From positions 320,001 to 384,000 of the forward strand of contig OY782391.1 of NCBI GenBank assembly GCA_963677745.1: DNA of 64,000 nucleotides, written 5' to 3'. Numbering within the stretch: the first letter of the stretch is position 1; every line of letters starts with the position of its first letter. The notes below the pieces were generated by a model, which did not search any database, was not told where the DNA came from, and was given only the letters and a program-made list of their open reading frames with translations. Made by a program: the position numbers and the translations under genes. This DNA comes from Candidatus Altimarinota bacterium (GTDB taxonomy: Bacteria; Patescibacteriota; Gracilibacteria; UBA1369). Shown here piece after piece: positions 26,298 to 36,260 of this stretch.

Positions 26298-27428
26298 TTA
26301 TCGCAACGGCAGACTGATTTCAAAATTTACGCCTTTCCGTCCGGCATTGGACAATAGATTAATACGGCCGCCCAGCTCTTCCACCACCTGCCGGCAAAAA
26401 TACAAACCGATCCCGTGTCCCGATTGATCCTTGTGTTGGGGCGCCCGATAGGCAAACTCAAACAGTTTTTCCGGATCCTCATCACCTATCCCCCTTCCTT
26501 CGTCCCTGATCGAAATCATCAGTTTATCAGCCATCTTGTTGAGAGTAATCTCCAGCGGCTGGTCGGAAGGATGCCCGTACTTGTAGGCGTTTCCCACCAG
26601 ATTTTCCATTACCTGCATCAGCAGATTCAGATCAACCGCCACTGTCCCTTCCAATCCGTCAGTCGTCTCAAGATTACCGTGAAAGGAGTGTTTTACAAAC
26701 TTCTGATGAAAATTCTTAAGCAAATCAACCAGTGACATTACCTTCAGCTCCGGTTTGATCTTTCTTTCCCCGGTTCTAAGCAGCCGAAGCGCCAATGCCG
26801 AATTGAATTTCACCTGTTCATAGGCGGCCGTTATCATGGTGCGGTAATTTCTCCTCATCTCCTCCGGCTCACCCCCCGTTCCGACTGTCGTGGCCTCCAT
26901 CTCGGCCGCCATCAGAACGGCCGCCACCTGATTGGCATTATTATGTATCAACAAAGCCACTGCCTGGCGATTGTCTTTTTGTTCTTCTCCGTTTTCCCAG
27001 TTTCTCAAAAAACCGTCCAGAAAAATCTTGGCCAAACTTTGCTTCAGATTGCTTTCCCTCGATTGTTGCGCGTCCGGGAAAGTGATCTTGACCCTGCTCT
27101 CACCCACGGCAAAAAAAAGTGACGGTTTAAGCTCTATCATACTATATGTTCTCACCCCGGCCTCGGAATCGCCTTCCACGGAAAACTCATCAAACAGCGG
27201 TGGTAAAGAAAACTTTTCCAAAGGCCTTTTCCCCCATACGATATCCCCCTCCGGAAAAAAATATTTTAAAATCATCTCAACCCCCTCTTCTTTACTGGAA
27301 AACTTTCTGCCCAACAAATCCATCAGTTCCCGCAACTGCGACCCATTGAGTGTGGGTTCCACCGTCATTTCCGCACTGTCTCCCTCCTCCTGTCCCTGAC
27401 TCCTACCCAACATTCCGTTTTTTGACAT
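26298..27428 (-). CDS. Soluble sensor histidine kinase (HATPase_c)
   Basis: ENLVGNAYKY, DEGRGI, F box, GHGIGL; divergent H-box IHNNANQ. Confidence 0.85.
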   Translation of the reverse strand: MSKNGMLGRSQGQEEGDSAEMTVEPTLNGSQLRELMDLLGRKFSSKEEGVEMILKYFFPEGDIVWGKRPLEKFSLPPLFDEFSVEGDSEAGVRTYSMIELKPSLFFAVGESRVKITFPDAQQSRESNLKQSLAKIFLDGFLRNWENGEEQKDNRQAVALLIHNNANQVAAVLMAAEMEATTVGTGGEPEEMRRNYRTMITAAYEQVKFNSALALRLLRTGERKIKPELKVMSLVDLLKNFHQKFVKHSFHGNLETTDGLEGTVAVDLNLLMQVMENLVGNAYKYGHPSDQPLEITLNKMADKLMISIRDEGRGIGDEDPEKLFEFAYRAPQHKDQSGHGIGLYFCRQVVEELGGRINLLSNAGRKGVNFEISLPLR

Positions 27429-27493
27429 TGGAACTTTTTATGGGCCTGTCTGATTATAGACCTACCCCCGCCATTGTCCATCCAATAGTAAAT

Positions 27494-28387
27494 TCAATTC
27501 TCGATCAGCTGATGAAAATACCAGCGCACCGAGTTCCAGTTATTGTTTCTGGGCAACAGAATATATTCACCCTTGTCCTGTTTGCAGGCCTCCTGTTTTG
27601 CTTTCAGTTCTTCCGGAGTCAATTGCAAATTCTTTTTATCCCTGGCCAAATCGTCCAGACATTTTTGCTGTTTCTGCTCGCCGGTATTCTTGGATTCCAG
27701 AACATTGCCTGAAGACAGAACGTTACCGCTCTCAATTTCAAATCCCTGATAACGGAAATATGAGGCTATAGCCTCGGCCAGATTAATATCCGTTTCGGTT
27801 TTTTCCAGCACGGTCTTGGCCATTCCCGACAGTCTATCCGCATCGCCGAAGCCGAAGGCCCTGGCCTTGGTCTGAACCGCCTTGATGATCATCTGCTGTC
27901 TTTCGGCGCGGGCAAAATCACTGCTGGTGTGGCGCGTGCGGGCCAGCCGCAGCGCCTGTTTACCCGACAAATGATAATCCCCAGCGCGGTAATAGAGCGT
28001 CGACCAGACGCCATTGTCCAAAGTCCGGTAAGTTGGATCAATCACCGGATCGTCCAGATGCACATCAATTCCCCCGATCAAATCGATCACGTCGATAAAG
28101 GCATACATGTCGATCAGAATATATTTATCAATCTGGTAACCGCTGATAGTGGACAATACGCGTTTCATCTCGTCCATTCCGTACAGCGCGTAATAACTGT
28201 TAATTTTGCGGTTGTTGTAGTACAAATCCCGCGGCAAACTGACCAGCGTAATTTTCCTGGTCACGGAATTAATATTGGCATAAATCATAGTGTCGACCAG
28301 TCCCCCGTTTTTTCCCGCCACTAAAATATTCATCTGCCCGTCAACCACCTGGGCTTTATCTCCATAGTCAGGAATTTGCGACGGCAA
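27494..28387 (-). CDS. LCP (LytR-CpsA-Psr) catalytic domain; probably the -1 frame continuation of the upstream ORF
   Basis: DTMI, SLPRDLY, KINS, IDLIGGIDV, ALRLARTRH..SDFARAERQQ; weak TTG start and no TM anchor. Confidence 0.88.
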   Translation of the reverse strand: MPSQIPDYGDKAQVVDGQMNILVAGKNGGLVDTMIYANINSVTRKITLVSLPRDLYYNNRKINSYYALYGMDEMKRVLSTISGYQIDKYILIDMYAFIDVIDLIGGIDVHLDDPVIDPTYRTLDNGVWSTLYYRAGDYHLSGKQALRLARTRHTSSDFARAERQQMIIKAVQTKARAFGFGDADRLSGMAKTVLEKTETDINLAEAIASYFRYQGFEIESGNVLSSGNVLESKNTGEQKQQKCLDDLARDKKNLQLTPEELKAKQEACKQDKGEYILLPRNNNWNSVRWYFHQLIEN

Positions 28388-28389
28388 AA

Positions 28390-29454
28390 TCAGGTCTTTT
28401 TTTTTGAGCCGTCGGTCAGAAAGGATTTTATATCCAGCTCCTGCTCGTCCTTCAGCACTTTGATCATTCCCGAACTAAGCTCCAGAAAAACGGAGAATCT
28501 GACCTTTCCGGACTGATCGGTCACATCAAAAATATATTTGTTGTTTTCCTCACGGGACTTCTCGGCAACCTTAAGTCCCAATCCCTGCAGCGTTTCCACA
28601 AAAGCCTTGTCCTTCACCAGCCCCTCCAACTCCTGTTTTTTCTTGAGCAGTTCCTGTTCCACCTGCAGTCTGGCTTTTTCCTCGGCCAGCTTGGCATCGG
28701 CCTGAACCTGCAACTTTTTGGTTCTGACCGCATCCAGATTTTTAATCATAAAATCGGCCAGTCTGGCGGAAAAAACAGTCTTGGTATAATCGGCCAATTT
28801 TTCTTCCCCCAAAGCGCTCTGTACCATAAATTTATTTTCATCGGCGCTGAAAATCAGACTGTAAAGCGGTTGACCGAACAGCAAATTTTTTTGTCCGTCA
28901 GCCAGTACATCCGTCCCGTCAATAAATTTAACCTGCAACTCGGCGCGTTCTCCCGGTTGCAGCCTGGCGCCGGTCAGCCTGTCCGACAAAACCTTATCGA
29001 CAAACAGAGCTTCGAATAGCGGCTGCGCCGCCTGACGGTTTTTCACAATATCACTCTCTTGGACCACCGAATCCAAAAAAGCAAACATCGCCACGGCATT
29101 GTCTGATCCTTTTTCATCTTCGATTCCGGTCTTTTCCCGACTTCCCTGATCTACCGAATAATTCTTCTCCGGCAGCAACAAAAACCTTCTGATTTCATTC
29201 AAATCATCCGCAAAAACCTTTACGTCTCCCACCAATCCGCCCATCTCGTCCACCACGCCCTGATTATACTTATCGACCCGGTTGACCGTACCGTTCATCA
29301 GCCAGATCTGCGCACTGTTCCAAAGCAGCACCACCAGAATAAACAGCAGCGTGTAGCGGCTCCAGCCGGACTGTGACAACAGTTTCTTAACCGATTCCTT
29401 GCTGAGATCCTGAATGTTCTTTACATCATGTTTCACCATAACAACTGTCGACAT
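28390..29454 (-). CDS. Membrane-anchored N-terminal part of the LCP protein
   Basis: Single TM near the N terminus; ends GSKKKT-stop right after A9G. Confidence 0.75.
   Translation of the reverse strand: MSTVVMVKHDVKNIQDLSKESVKKLLSQSGWSRYTLLFILVVLLWNSAQIWLMNGTVNRVDKYNQGVVDEMGGLVGDVKVFADDLNEIRRFLLLPEKNYSVDQGSREKTGIEDEKGSDNAVAMFAFLDSVVQESDIVKNRQAAQPLFEALFVDKVLSDRLTGARLQPGERAELQVKFIDGTDVLADGQKNLLFGQPLYSLIFSADENKFMVQSALGEEKLADYTKTVFSARLADFMIKNLDAVRTKKLQVQADAKLAEEKARLQVEQELLKKKQELEGLVKDKAFVETLQGLGLKVAEKSREENNKYIFDVTDQSGKVRFSVFLELSSGMIKVLKDEQELDIKSFLTDGSKKKT
28396..28405 (-). other. Slippery site A9G (contains A_AAA_AAG)
   Basis: A -1 shift joins 28390-29454 to the LCP frame (..GSKKK-DLILPSQIP..). 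Confidence 0.65.
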
Positions 29455-29549
29455 AACTTGTCTTGCCCTGCTATTTAATCCCAAATCGGATAATAGGGCA
29501 AACAAATTTATTGCCCGAACAGTAATGTCCTGATAATATACCGCGGAAT

Positions 29550-30026
29550 ATGAAAATAAACACTTCACAATTGGTTCCAAGCCTGATTTTCCCCCTGGTG
29601 GTAGGCCTCACCAGCGGCTATTTGGCGATGGATGGCATGGCCGGGTTTTATGAAAACCTGGTCAAACCGCCGCTCAATCCCCCGGGATGGATTTTCGGCC
29701 CGGTCTGGACTCTTCTCTATATCACAATTGGACTGTCTCTCTATCTTTTCTGGTCGGCCCGCGGCAAAGCTTCCGCCAAACAAAAAGGTTACCTGTTTTT
29801 TATTCTCCAACTGGTCTGCAATTTTCTCTGGTCACTGATTTTCTTCAATTTACACGCCATCTTATGGGGATTGGTGGATATTATACTGATGTTGATTCTG
29901 ACCATCACCACTATCTATTATTTCAACAAAATCAGCCGCAACAGCGCGCTGTTGCTTCTGCCCTACCTGGTCTGGATTTCCTTTGCCACTTATCTGAACG
30001 CAGCCATTTTATTTCTGAATCCCTGA
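29550..30026 (+). CDS. tspO: TspO/MBR tryptophan-rich sensory protein
   Basis: YENLVKPPLNPPGWIFGPVWT..NFLWS..LLPYLVWISFATYLN. Confidence 0.93.
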   Translation: MKINTSQLVPSLIFPLVVGLTSGYLAMDGMAGFYENLVKPPLNPPGWIFGPVWTLLYITIGLSLYLFWSARGKASAKQKGYLFFILQLVCNFLWSLIFFNLHAILWGLVDIILMLILTITTIYYFNKISRNSALLLLPYLVWISFATYLNAAILFLNP

Positions 30027-30030
30027 ACGC

Positions 30031-30672
30031 TTAAAAATCTTCAGGGTTCAGTTCTCCCAACCCCGTCACAAACTTGTCGGCCGGGTAATTTTCCAGATCA
30101 TGACCGTCGGGCGGTTTCAAACCGATACAATACATACCGGCCAGTTTAGCTGCAATCATGCCGTTTCTGGCGTCCTCCACCACCACACATTCGGATGGTT
30201 CGCGGCCCAGTTTGGCCGCGGCTTTCAGGTAAACTTCCGGATCGGGTTTGGTTTTGCTAACATCGTCAGAAGTAACAATTACTTTGAAAAATTCAAGTAA
30301 TTTCAATTTCTCCAGAACTTTTTCCGCCCTGGCCCTCTCTGAACCAGTGGCCAAGGCAATATCCCGGCCATCTTTAAATAATTTTTTTACAAGCTTCCTG
30401 CTTCCTTTCATTGCTTCGAGTTTTTGATACTGAGGTTCCTGAATCATTTGTTCTTTCTCCTGAACGGCTTTTTCTAAATACTCTTCCAGACCATACTGCT
30501 TCAATAACTGGCCGAAAATTTCCCTGGTAGTTTGCCCCGCAAATCTAAAAGTTACTTCTTCCGGACTGATATCAATACCATATTTACCCATCACCTTTGA
30601 CCAAACCTGTGCATGGAATTTTTGTGTATCGGAAATCACTCCGTCCATATCGAAAATTACCGCTTTTTTCAT
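30031..30672 (-). CDS. HAD family phosphatase (beta-phosphoglucomutase-like)
   Basis: FDMDGVISDT, ATGS, KPDPEVY, VEDARNG. Confidence 0.92.
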   Translation of the reverse strand: MKKAVIFDMDGVISDTQKFHAQVWSKVMGKYGIDISPEEVTFRFAGQTTREIFGQLLKQYGLEEYLEKAVQEKEQMIQEPQYQKLEAMKGSRKLVKKLFKDGRDIALATGSERARAEKVLEKLKLLEFFKVIVTSDDVSKTKPDPEVYLKAAAKLGREPSECVVVEDARNGMIAAKLAGMYCIGLKPPDGHDLENYPADKFVTGLGELNPEDF

Positions 30673-30674
30673 TT

Positions 30675-33281
30675 TTATTTTTTTACTGCAAATTGAATCT
30701 GATCATCCACGAAATCGATAAATATTTTATCACCTTCTTTAATTTTTTCCTCCAGAATTTGCAGGGCCAGTTCATCCATGATTTTAGTCTGGATCAGACG
30801 CTTGAGCGGACGCGCACCAAACAGATCGTCAAATCCGGCTGAGACCAGATACATGGCAGCCATTTTGGATATTTCCAGATCAATATTCTTCTTCTTGAGA
30901 CGCTTGCGGACCAATTCCACATGCAGTTCCACAATCTTGGAAAGTTCTTCCTTGGTCAGACGCTGGAAGACAATAATATCGTCCACGCGGTTCAAAAATT
31001 CCGGCCGGAAAAATCCGTGCAGTATTTTCAGCAGGACTTTTTGTTGTTCATCGGGATCCTTGGCCAGATCGGCAATTTCGGCCGAGCCCAGATTGGATGT
31101 CATAATGATTACCGCATTTTTAAAATCCACCGTGCGCCCCTTGGAGTCTGTCAAACGCCCGTCATCCAGCACCTGCAACAAAACATTGAACACATCGGGA
31201 TGGGCCTTTTCGATTTCATCAAAAAGCAGAACGGTATAGGGATGCCTGCGGACGGCTTCGGTCAGTTGTCCGCCTTCCTCATAACCCACGTAGCCGGGGG
31301 GCGAGCCGATCAGGCGAGCCACCGAGTGTTTCTCCATGTACTCGCTCATATCTATCCTGGTAATCATCCGTTCATCATTGAACAAAAACTGGGCCAAAGC
31401 CTTGGCCAGCTCGGTCTTGCCCACACCGGTCGGTCCGGCAAAAATAAATGATCCCATCGGCCGGTTCTCTTCGGAAATTCCGGCACGATTGCGGCGGATA
31501 GCCTTGGATACGGCATCAATGGCTTTCTTCTGCCCGATCACTCTCCTGGCCAGTGCCTTGTCCATCTCCACCAGTTTCTGGGATTCCTCTTTGAGCATCT
31601 TGGTCACAGGTATACCGGTCCAGTGCGATACAACTTTGGCAATATCTTCTTCCGTTACCTCTTCTTTTAGAATTTTCCGGTCTTTCTGAACTTTGGCCAG
31701 TTTGGACTGAGATTCCTTGATCGATTTTTCCAGATTGGGAATCAGCCCGTAATTGATTTCGGCTACCTTCTGATAATTGCCCACTCGCTCGGCCTGACCT
31801 GCCTCCAGTCTCAACTCATCAATTTTTTTTGTGGATTCCTTGATCTGATTGATCGATTCTTTTTCGTTTTTCCAGTGCAGTTCCAGCTCCTTGTTTTCGG
31901 CGTTCAGATCAGCCAATTCCTTTTCCAGTTCTTTCAGTCTGGTTTTAGCCTCTTTATCGTCTTTCTCTGCTTTTAAAGCTTCCTTTTCGATCTCCAGTTG
32001 GGTAATGCGGCGGTGGAGTACGTCAATTTCAGTTGGTTTGGAATCAATCTCTATCTTCAACACCGAGGCCGCCTCATCCATCAGATCAATGGCCTTGTCG
32101 GGCAGGAAACGGTCGGTGATATAGCGGCTGGACAGCTCCACTGCCGCCACAATTGCATTGTCGCGAATCCGTACCCCGTGATGAACTTCATACTTTTCCT
32201 TGATGCCGCGCAAAATGGAAATGGCATCCTTCAGTGACGGTTCACTGACCATCACCGGCTGGAAACGGCGTTCCAGTGCCGCGTCTTTTTCAATATATTT
32301 GCGGTATTCCTTGAGAGTCGTAGCCCCCACGGTACGTAACTTCCCACGGGCCAGCGCCGGCTTGAGCATATTGGAAGCATCGGTACTGCCCTCCTGCGCG
32401 CCGGCGCCCACAATCGTATGCAACTCATCAATAAATAAAATAATCTCGCCGTTGGAAGCCTCGATCTCGGAAATAATCGCCTTCAGCCTTTCTTCAAATT
32501 GGCCGCGGTATTGCGTTCCGGCCAGCAGATTCCCCATCTCCAGACCCAAAATACGTTTATTTTTCAGGACATCGGGAACATCGGAATTAATGATCTTATT
32601 AGCCAGACCTTCCACCACTGCCGTCTTGCCTGTTCCAGGCTCCCCCACCAGCACCGGATTATTTTTGGTACGGCGGGAAAGAATCTGCATCACCCGGCGG
32701 ATTTCATCATCACGACCGATCACCGGATCCAGTTTTCCCTTGGAAGCCAGCTCGGTGAAATCAACGGTATATTTTTTCAGCACCTGGTATTTCTCCTCCG
32801 GATCTTTGGAAGTGACTCTCTGGGTAGAGCGAAAACCTGCCAGCACTTTGAGCACTTCGTCCTTGCCCATCTGCACCAGCTTGGCTACCTCGGCCACGTC
32901 CAGCAAAGCCAGAAAAAGATGCTCGGTGGAGACATATTCGTCATGCAGTTTGGCCGCCTCGCTCTCGGCATTTTCCAAAACCTTCTTTAGTGATTGTTCA
33001 AAATATGTTTGACCGGAGTTTCCCGACGTGCGGCTATTATAGTTATCGCCGCCGCCGGACACCACCGGCATCGAGGAAAACTTTCCCTCGATCGAAGACA
33101 AAATAGCCTCCGGATTTTTCTCGGCTTTTTGCAGGAGCCCCGCCACCACACCCCCTTTTTGCTCAATCAAAACAGACAACAGATGCCAGGGGGTCAGGGT
33201 CTGATGTGACTTTTTGTTGGCCAAATCCAGCATCGCCTGTATGGCTTCCGTGGCTTTGGTAGTGTAATTTTCGAAATTCAT
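30675..33281 (-). CDS. clpB: ATP-dependent disaggregase ClpB
   Basis: Clp N-domain, GEPGTGKT, middle coiled coil, [19 protein letters not shown]. Confidence 0.97.
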   Translation of the reverse strand: MNFENYTTKATEAIQAMLDLANKKSHQTLTPWHLLSVLIEQKGGVVAGLLQKAEKNPEAILSSIEGKFSSMPVVSGGGDNYNSRTSGNSGQTYFEQSLKKVLENAESEAAKLHDEYVSTEHLFLALLDVAEVAKLVQMGKDEVLKVLAGFRSTQRVTSKDPEEKYQVLKKYTVDFTELASKGKLDPVIGRDDEIRRVMQILSRRTKNNPVLVGEPGTGKTAVVEGLANKIINSDVPDVLKNKRILGLEMGNLLAGTQYRGQFEERLKAIISEIEASNGEIILFIDELHTIVGAGAQEGSTDASNMLKPALARGKLRTVGATTLKEYRKYIEKDAALERRFQPVMVSEPSLKDAISILRGIKEKYEVHHGVRIRDNAIVAAVELSSRYITDRFLPDKAIDLMDEAASVLKIEIDSKPTEIDVLHRRITQLEIEKEALKAEKDDKEAKTRLKELEKELADLNAENKELELHWKNEKESINQIKESTKKIDELRLEAGQAERVGNYQKVAEINYGLIPNLEKSIKESQSKLAKVQKDRKILKEEVTEEDIAKVVSHWTGIPVTKMLKEESQKLVEMDKALARRVIGQKKAIDAVSKAIRRNRAGISEENRPMGSFIFAGPTGVGKTELAKALAQFLFNDERMITRIDMSEYMEKHSVARLIGSPPGYVGYEEGGQLTEAVRRHPYTVLLFDEIEKAHPDVFNVLLQVLDDGRLTDSKGRTVDFKNAVIIMTSNLGSAEIADLAKDPDEQQKVLLKILHGFFRPEFLNRVDDIIVFQRLTKEELSKIVELHVELVRKRLKKKNIDLEISKMAAMYLVSAGFDDLFGARPLKRLIQTKIMDELALQILEEKIKEGDKIFIDFVDDQIQFAVKK

Positions 33282-33322
33282 AAAATTGGGGTTTAAACGC
33301 TTTATTAAGCATTCCAAACCCA

Positions 33323-33362
33323 ATTATAATACCGTTTAGCACTCAAGGCAAGTGATTGCTAA
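33323..33362 (-). promoter_or_regulatory. CIRCE (HrcA operator) overlapping the clpB promoter
   Basis: TTAGCACTC-N9-GATTGCTAA at 33336-33362 (one mismatch to consensus); minus-strand TTGCCT-17-TATAAT at 33351-33323. Confidence 0.9.
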
Positions 33363-34666
33363 CGTCTTTTTGCATTCTTTTCCTCAGGCCATTCATCGAT
33401 GGTAACGACCATCTCGGCAGCTCCCGCTGCTTGATCAGTTACTACCGCCGGAACGAGCTTTTCTTCTTGCACCCGTAAGCATCTCTTCTCCAGCTCTGGG
33501 CCGGCAATTCTGATTTTCTTTTTTTCCCGAGCGGCCTTAGGGATTTTTTCCTCATCGGAAGGTACCCGCCCAAACAAATCCCGATTGGCCGAAATCAGCT
33601 GTATGGCTTCAGAAGCTTTCATCTCCAATTCTTTTAGTCGTCCGGCAATCTCCTGCGGATCATTCAATTTCGGCAATCCGACAACCCATTTTTGTACCTC
33701 CAGCATCAATCGAACAAATGACTGAACCTCAGCCGGCACCTCCATCTGTTGATAATGTTTACTGATAGCCTGCCTGGAATCAATGGCTGGAGCAGAAACA
33801 AGCTTTTTTACGGCGTAGCTTGAAGCACCGGCGGAAAACAAAGCCGGTATCAGCACATAGAAATACATTAAAATTTTTGGTCCGATCGGACCTTCCATCT
33901 GCGATAAAAACGTCAGCATATAACTGCACAAAATCACCCCCGGGACAGATATCGGCAGTACTGCGCCCGGTCTCAAATGATCCCAATAACTCATCTGTTT
34001 AAAATGATCCAAACGTCTTTGCACTCTGGAGTTTTCCCCCATCAGCAGCCAGGCAAGTATTCTGACCTGATCCAGTTCACTGGCAGTACCGGTAACACTC
34101 ATTTTTGTAGCAGTTTGAATCAAAGCAATATCCAGCCAAGTTTCATTTTGCTCTCCGACAAATTCGATCAATTCCTGAGCCAGCATCAACGGATTCTCTT
34201 TGTCTTTTTCCCGAAACTTGGCCAGCCTTTGCTCCATCTGGCTGCGCGCACTCTGCCTGTATGACACGGCCTCTCCTGACGGTTCAGGAACAGACCGGGC
34301 AATTTTATCCATTAACTGTTCTGACATTCGATGTTCAAAATCACCATTGCGATGCAAAGAATCATAATCATGGATAGACGCTTGGTCTGGCGGGATAATT
34401 AAAGGTAAAGCATCATATTCCGCTTGAATCTGAACCAGCTGTTCCTCACTCAATAATTTCAATTCCTGAAAGAGTTTAACTCTCAATAAAAGCGAATGCC
34501 ATAAAGCACGTCCATTCCTCCGGTGATCTGTTTCGTCCAGAACCAATTGCTGCAACAACTGTAGGTCTTTGGTCTGATCGGTCAGAGAAGAGCATATTGT
34601 GGCAATCTCAGGTAACAGCGCATCCAATATCTCACTCGAATTTTTGCCAGAGGATAAGGAGTCCAT
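33359..34666 (-). CDS. Hypothetical protein with two central TM helices
   Basis: 435-aa ORF. Confidence 0.7.
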   Translation of the reverse strand: MDSLSSGKNSSEILDALLPEIATICSSLTDQTKDLQLLQQLVLDETDHRRNGRALWHSLLLRVKLFQELKLLSEEQLVQIQAEYDALPLIIPPDQASIHDYDSLHRNGDFEHRMSEQLMDKIARSVPEPSGEAVSYRQSARSQMEQRLAKFREKDKENPLMLAQELIEFVGEQNETWLDIALIQTATKMSVTGTASELDQVRILAWLLMGENSRVQRRLDHFKQMSYWDHLRPGAVLPISVPGVILCSYMLTFLSQMEGPIGPKILMYFYVLIPALFSAGASSYAVKKLVSAPAIDSRQAISKHYQQMEVPAEVQSFVRLMLEVQKWVVGLPKLNDPQEIAGRLKELEMKASEAIQLISANRDLFGRVPSDEEKIPKAAREKKKIRIAGPELEKRCLRVQEEKLVPAVVTDQAAGAAEMVVTIDEWPEEKNAKRR

Positions 34667-34814
34667 ATTCTATCAAAAATACTAAAGACTGCATTTTGCG
34701 ATAATTCTACCATTTTGTCAATAGTGACTTCTACCCCTCACCGCATTGCCAGCTCTCACTAACTATTGACTTTTAGACCAAATATTGTAAGATACACCCT
34801 TAATAAATCCCTCT

Positions 34815-36260
34815 ATGACTCCCCGGACCAGCAGATTTGCCTTTACCAAACCCGATGGCACCATGGATAAACCACTGGAAACAGCGGACTTCGAACAAAC
34901 CTTCCGGGAACTGTTGCAAATTTTATCCAACCCGCCCCAAAAAGTTGATAAAAACACTTTTCATTGCTTTGGCGGTACCCGCTGGATCATTAACTTCTCA
35001 TCCTTAAACGCTTACCCCGGTTTCATTGGTTACCTTTGCAATATCCATCTTTCCAATTCCGGAAAACGTGAGGACTCCTATGACGCGAAAACAATTAAAC
35101 CACACCGCTTCCAGCTGATGGCCAGAAAAAATCCTGAAAATCAGTTGAAGTGGATTGGATTGGTCTATCGTGAAGAAACCGGGCAGGAAATCTTTCTTCC
35201 CCGTCCGGTAGGAATGGATCTGGAAGAATTTGCCAAACAGGTCGTCTGCCTTTTGCAGGCGGAGGAAGGTTTTGCAGTCGAAGAAGGCAGCCTGCATTTT
35301 GACCTGGATAAAATAAATCACCTGACCGAGCAAATTCGCGGGCGCGTCGCCGCCAGCTTCACCAGTTATAGCGACAGACAATTCGCCCTGGAATATATTG
35401 GTAATCCAACGGTTATTCCCGAACCGGAACAAAGAACCACTCCTTATTCCGAGCTATTGCCCCAATTCGAGGTTCCTGAACTCCGCGCCCAAACCCGCCG
35501 CCGTGTGCGCGACGTAGCCAGCGAAAACGATTCCTTCGGCAAACAGCAATGGCGCGCCACCCTGGAGAAAAATTTCCGGGAGGCTTTTCCGGAAGGAGCA
35601 AAATCCATTCACCCCATAGAGCGCTCTGTACTGTGCTTTCCCGGAGCCGGAGGCAAAGAAGCCGAATTCTGGAAAAGACAGGGATTCCAAGATGACGAAC
35701 TGGTCCTGATTGAAAAAGATCCCCAGATCGCCACTGATTTGAAACTTAAATACCCGCTGGCCACGATCATCAATCATGAAATGGGCGACCGCTCCCGGAC
35801 CCGACTTTTTGATTTACTACGTAGGCAGATGCCCCTGATGGATTTAATGAAAAATCCCCGTTTTTCAGTGATCAGTCTGGATCCGGAAGGCCGGCTGACC
35901 GAAGATTTCGTCGCCGACATCATGGATATCACCGAACATGCCTCTTCCCCGCTTTTCTTTGCGGCAAACTTTAATCTGAAAAGGGAAAACCATCAGATAG
36001 TAAAATTATACAAAAAAATTGATACAGGAGCCGGACCATATCCCTGCCATCAGTGGCGCACGGATATAATCAGGGCACTGACCGATTATATCTTTGACAG
36101 AAATCTCTCCGAATCACGACGTAAAAGGGACAGCATACTGCACGACCAAAGAATTTGGAATCGTGAAACTACTTGTGATGGAAATTACGAAGGCGACAGC
36201 GATGCCACCCGCATGTATTGGACCATGGCCAAATTAACCAGAAGATATGGAGAATCTTGA
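34815..36260 (+). CDS. Hypothetical protein with C-terminal SAM-dependent methyltransferase-like fold
   Basis: VLCFPGAGGKE, LVLIEKD and FSVISLDPEG spaced like Rossmann MTase motifs I, II and IV. Confidence 0.6.
   Translation: MTPRTSRFAFTKPDGTMDKPLETADFEQTFRELLQILSNPPQKVDKNTFHCFGGTRWIINFSSLNAYPGFIGYLCNIHLSNSGKREDSYDAKTIKPHRFQLMARKNPENQLKWIGLVYREETGQEIFLPRPVGMDLEEFAKQVVCLLQAEEGFAVEEGSLHFDLDKINHLTEQIRGRVAASFTSYSDRQFALEYIGNPTVIPEPEQRTTPYSELLPQFEVPELRAQTRRRVRDVASENDSFGKQQWRATLEKNFREAFPEGAKSIHPIERSVLCFPGAGGKEAEFWKRQGFQDDELVLIEKDPQIATDLKLKYPLATIINHEMGDRSRTRLFDLLRRQMPLMDLMKNPRFSVISLDPEGRLTEDFVADIMDITEHASSPLFFAANFNLKRENHQIVKLYKKIDTGAGPYPCHQWRTDIIRALTDYIFDRNLSESRRKRDSILHDQRIWNRETTCDGNYEGDSDATRMYWTMAKLTRRYGES

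Noticed and set aside
29464-29501. Inverted repeat TTGCCCT...AGGGCAA between divergent genes
   Set aside because: Short, single occurrence; function cannot be supported.
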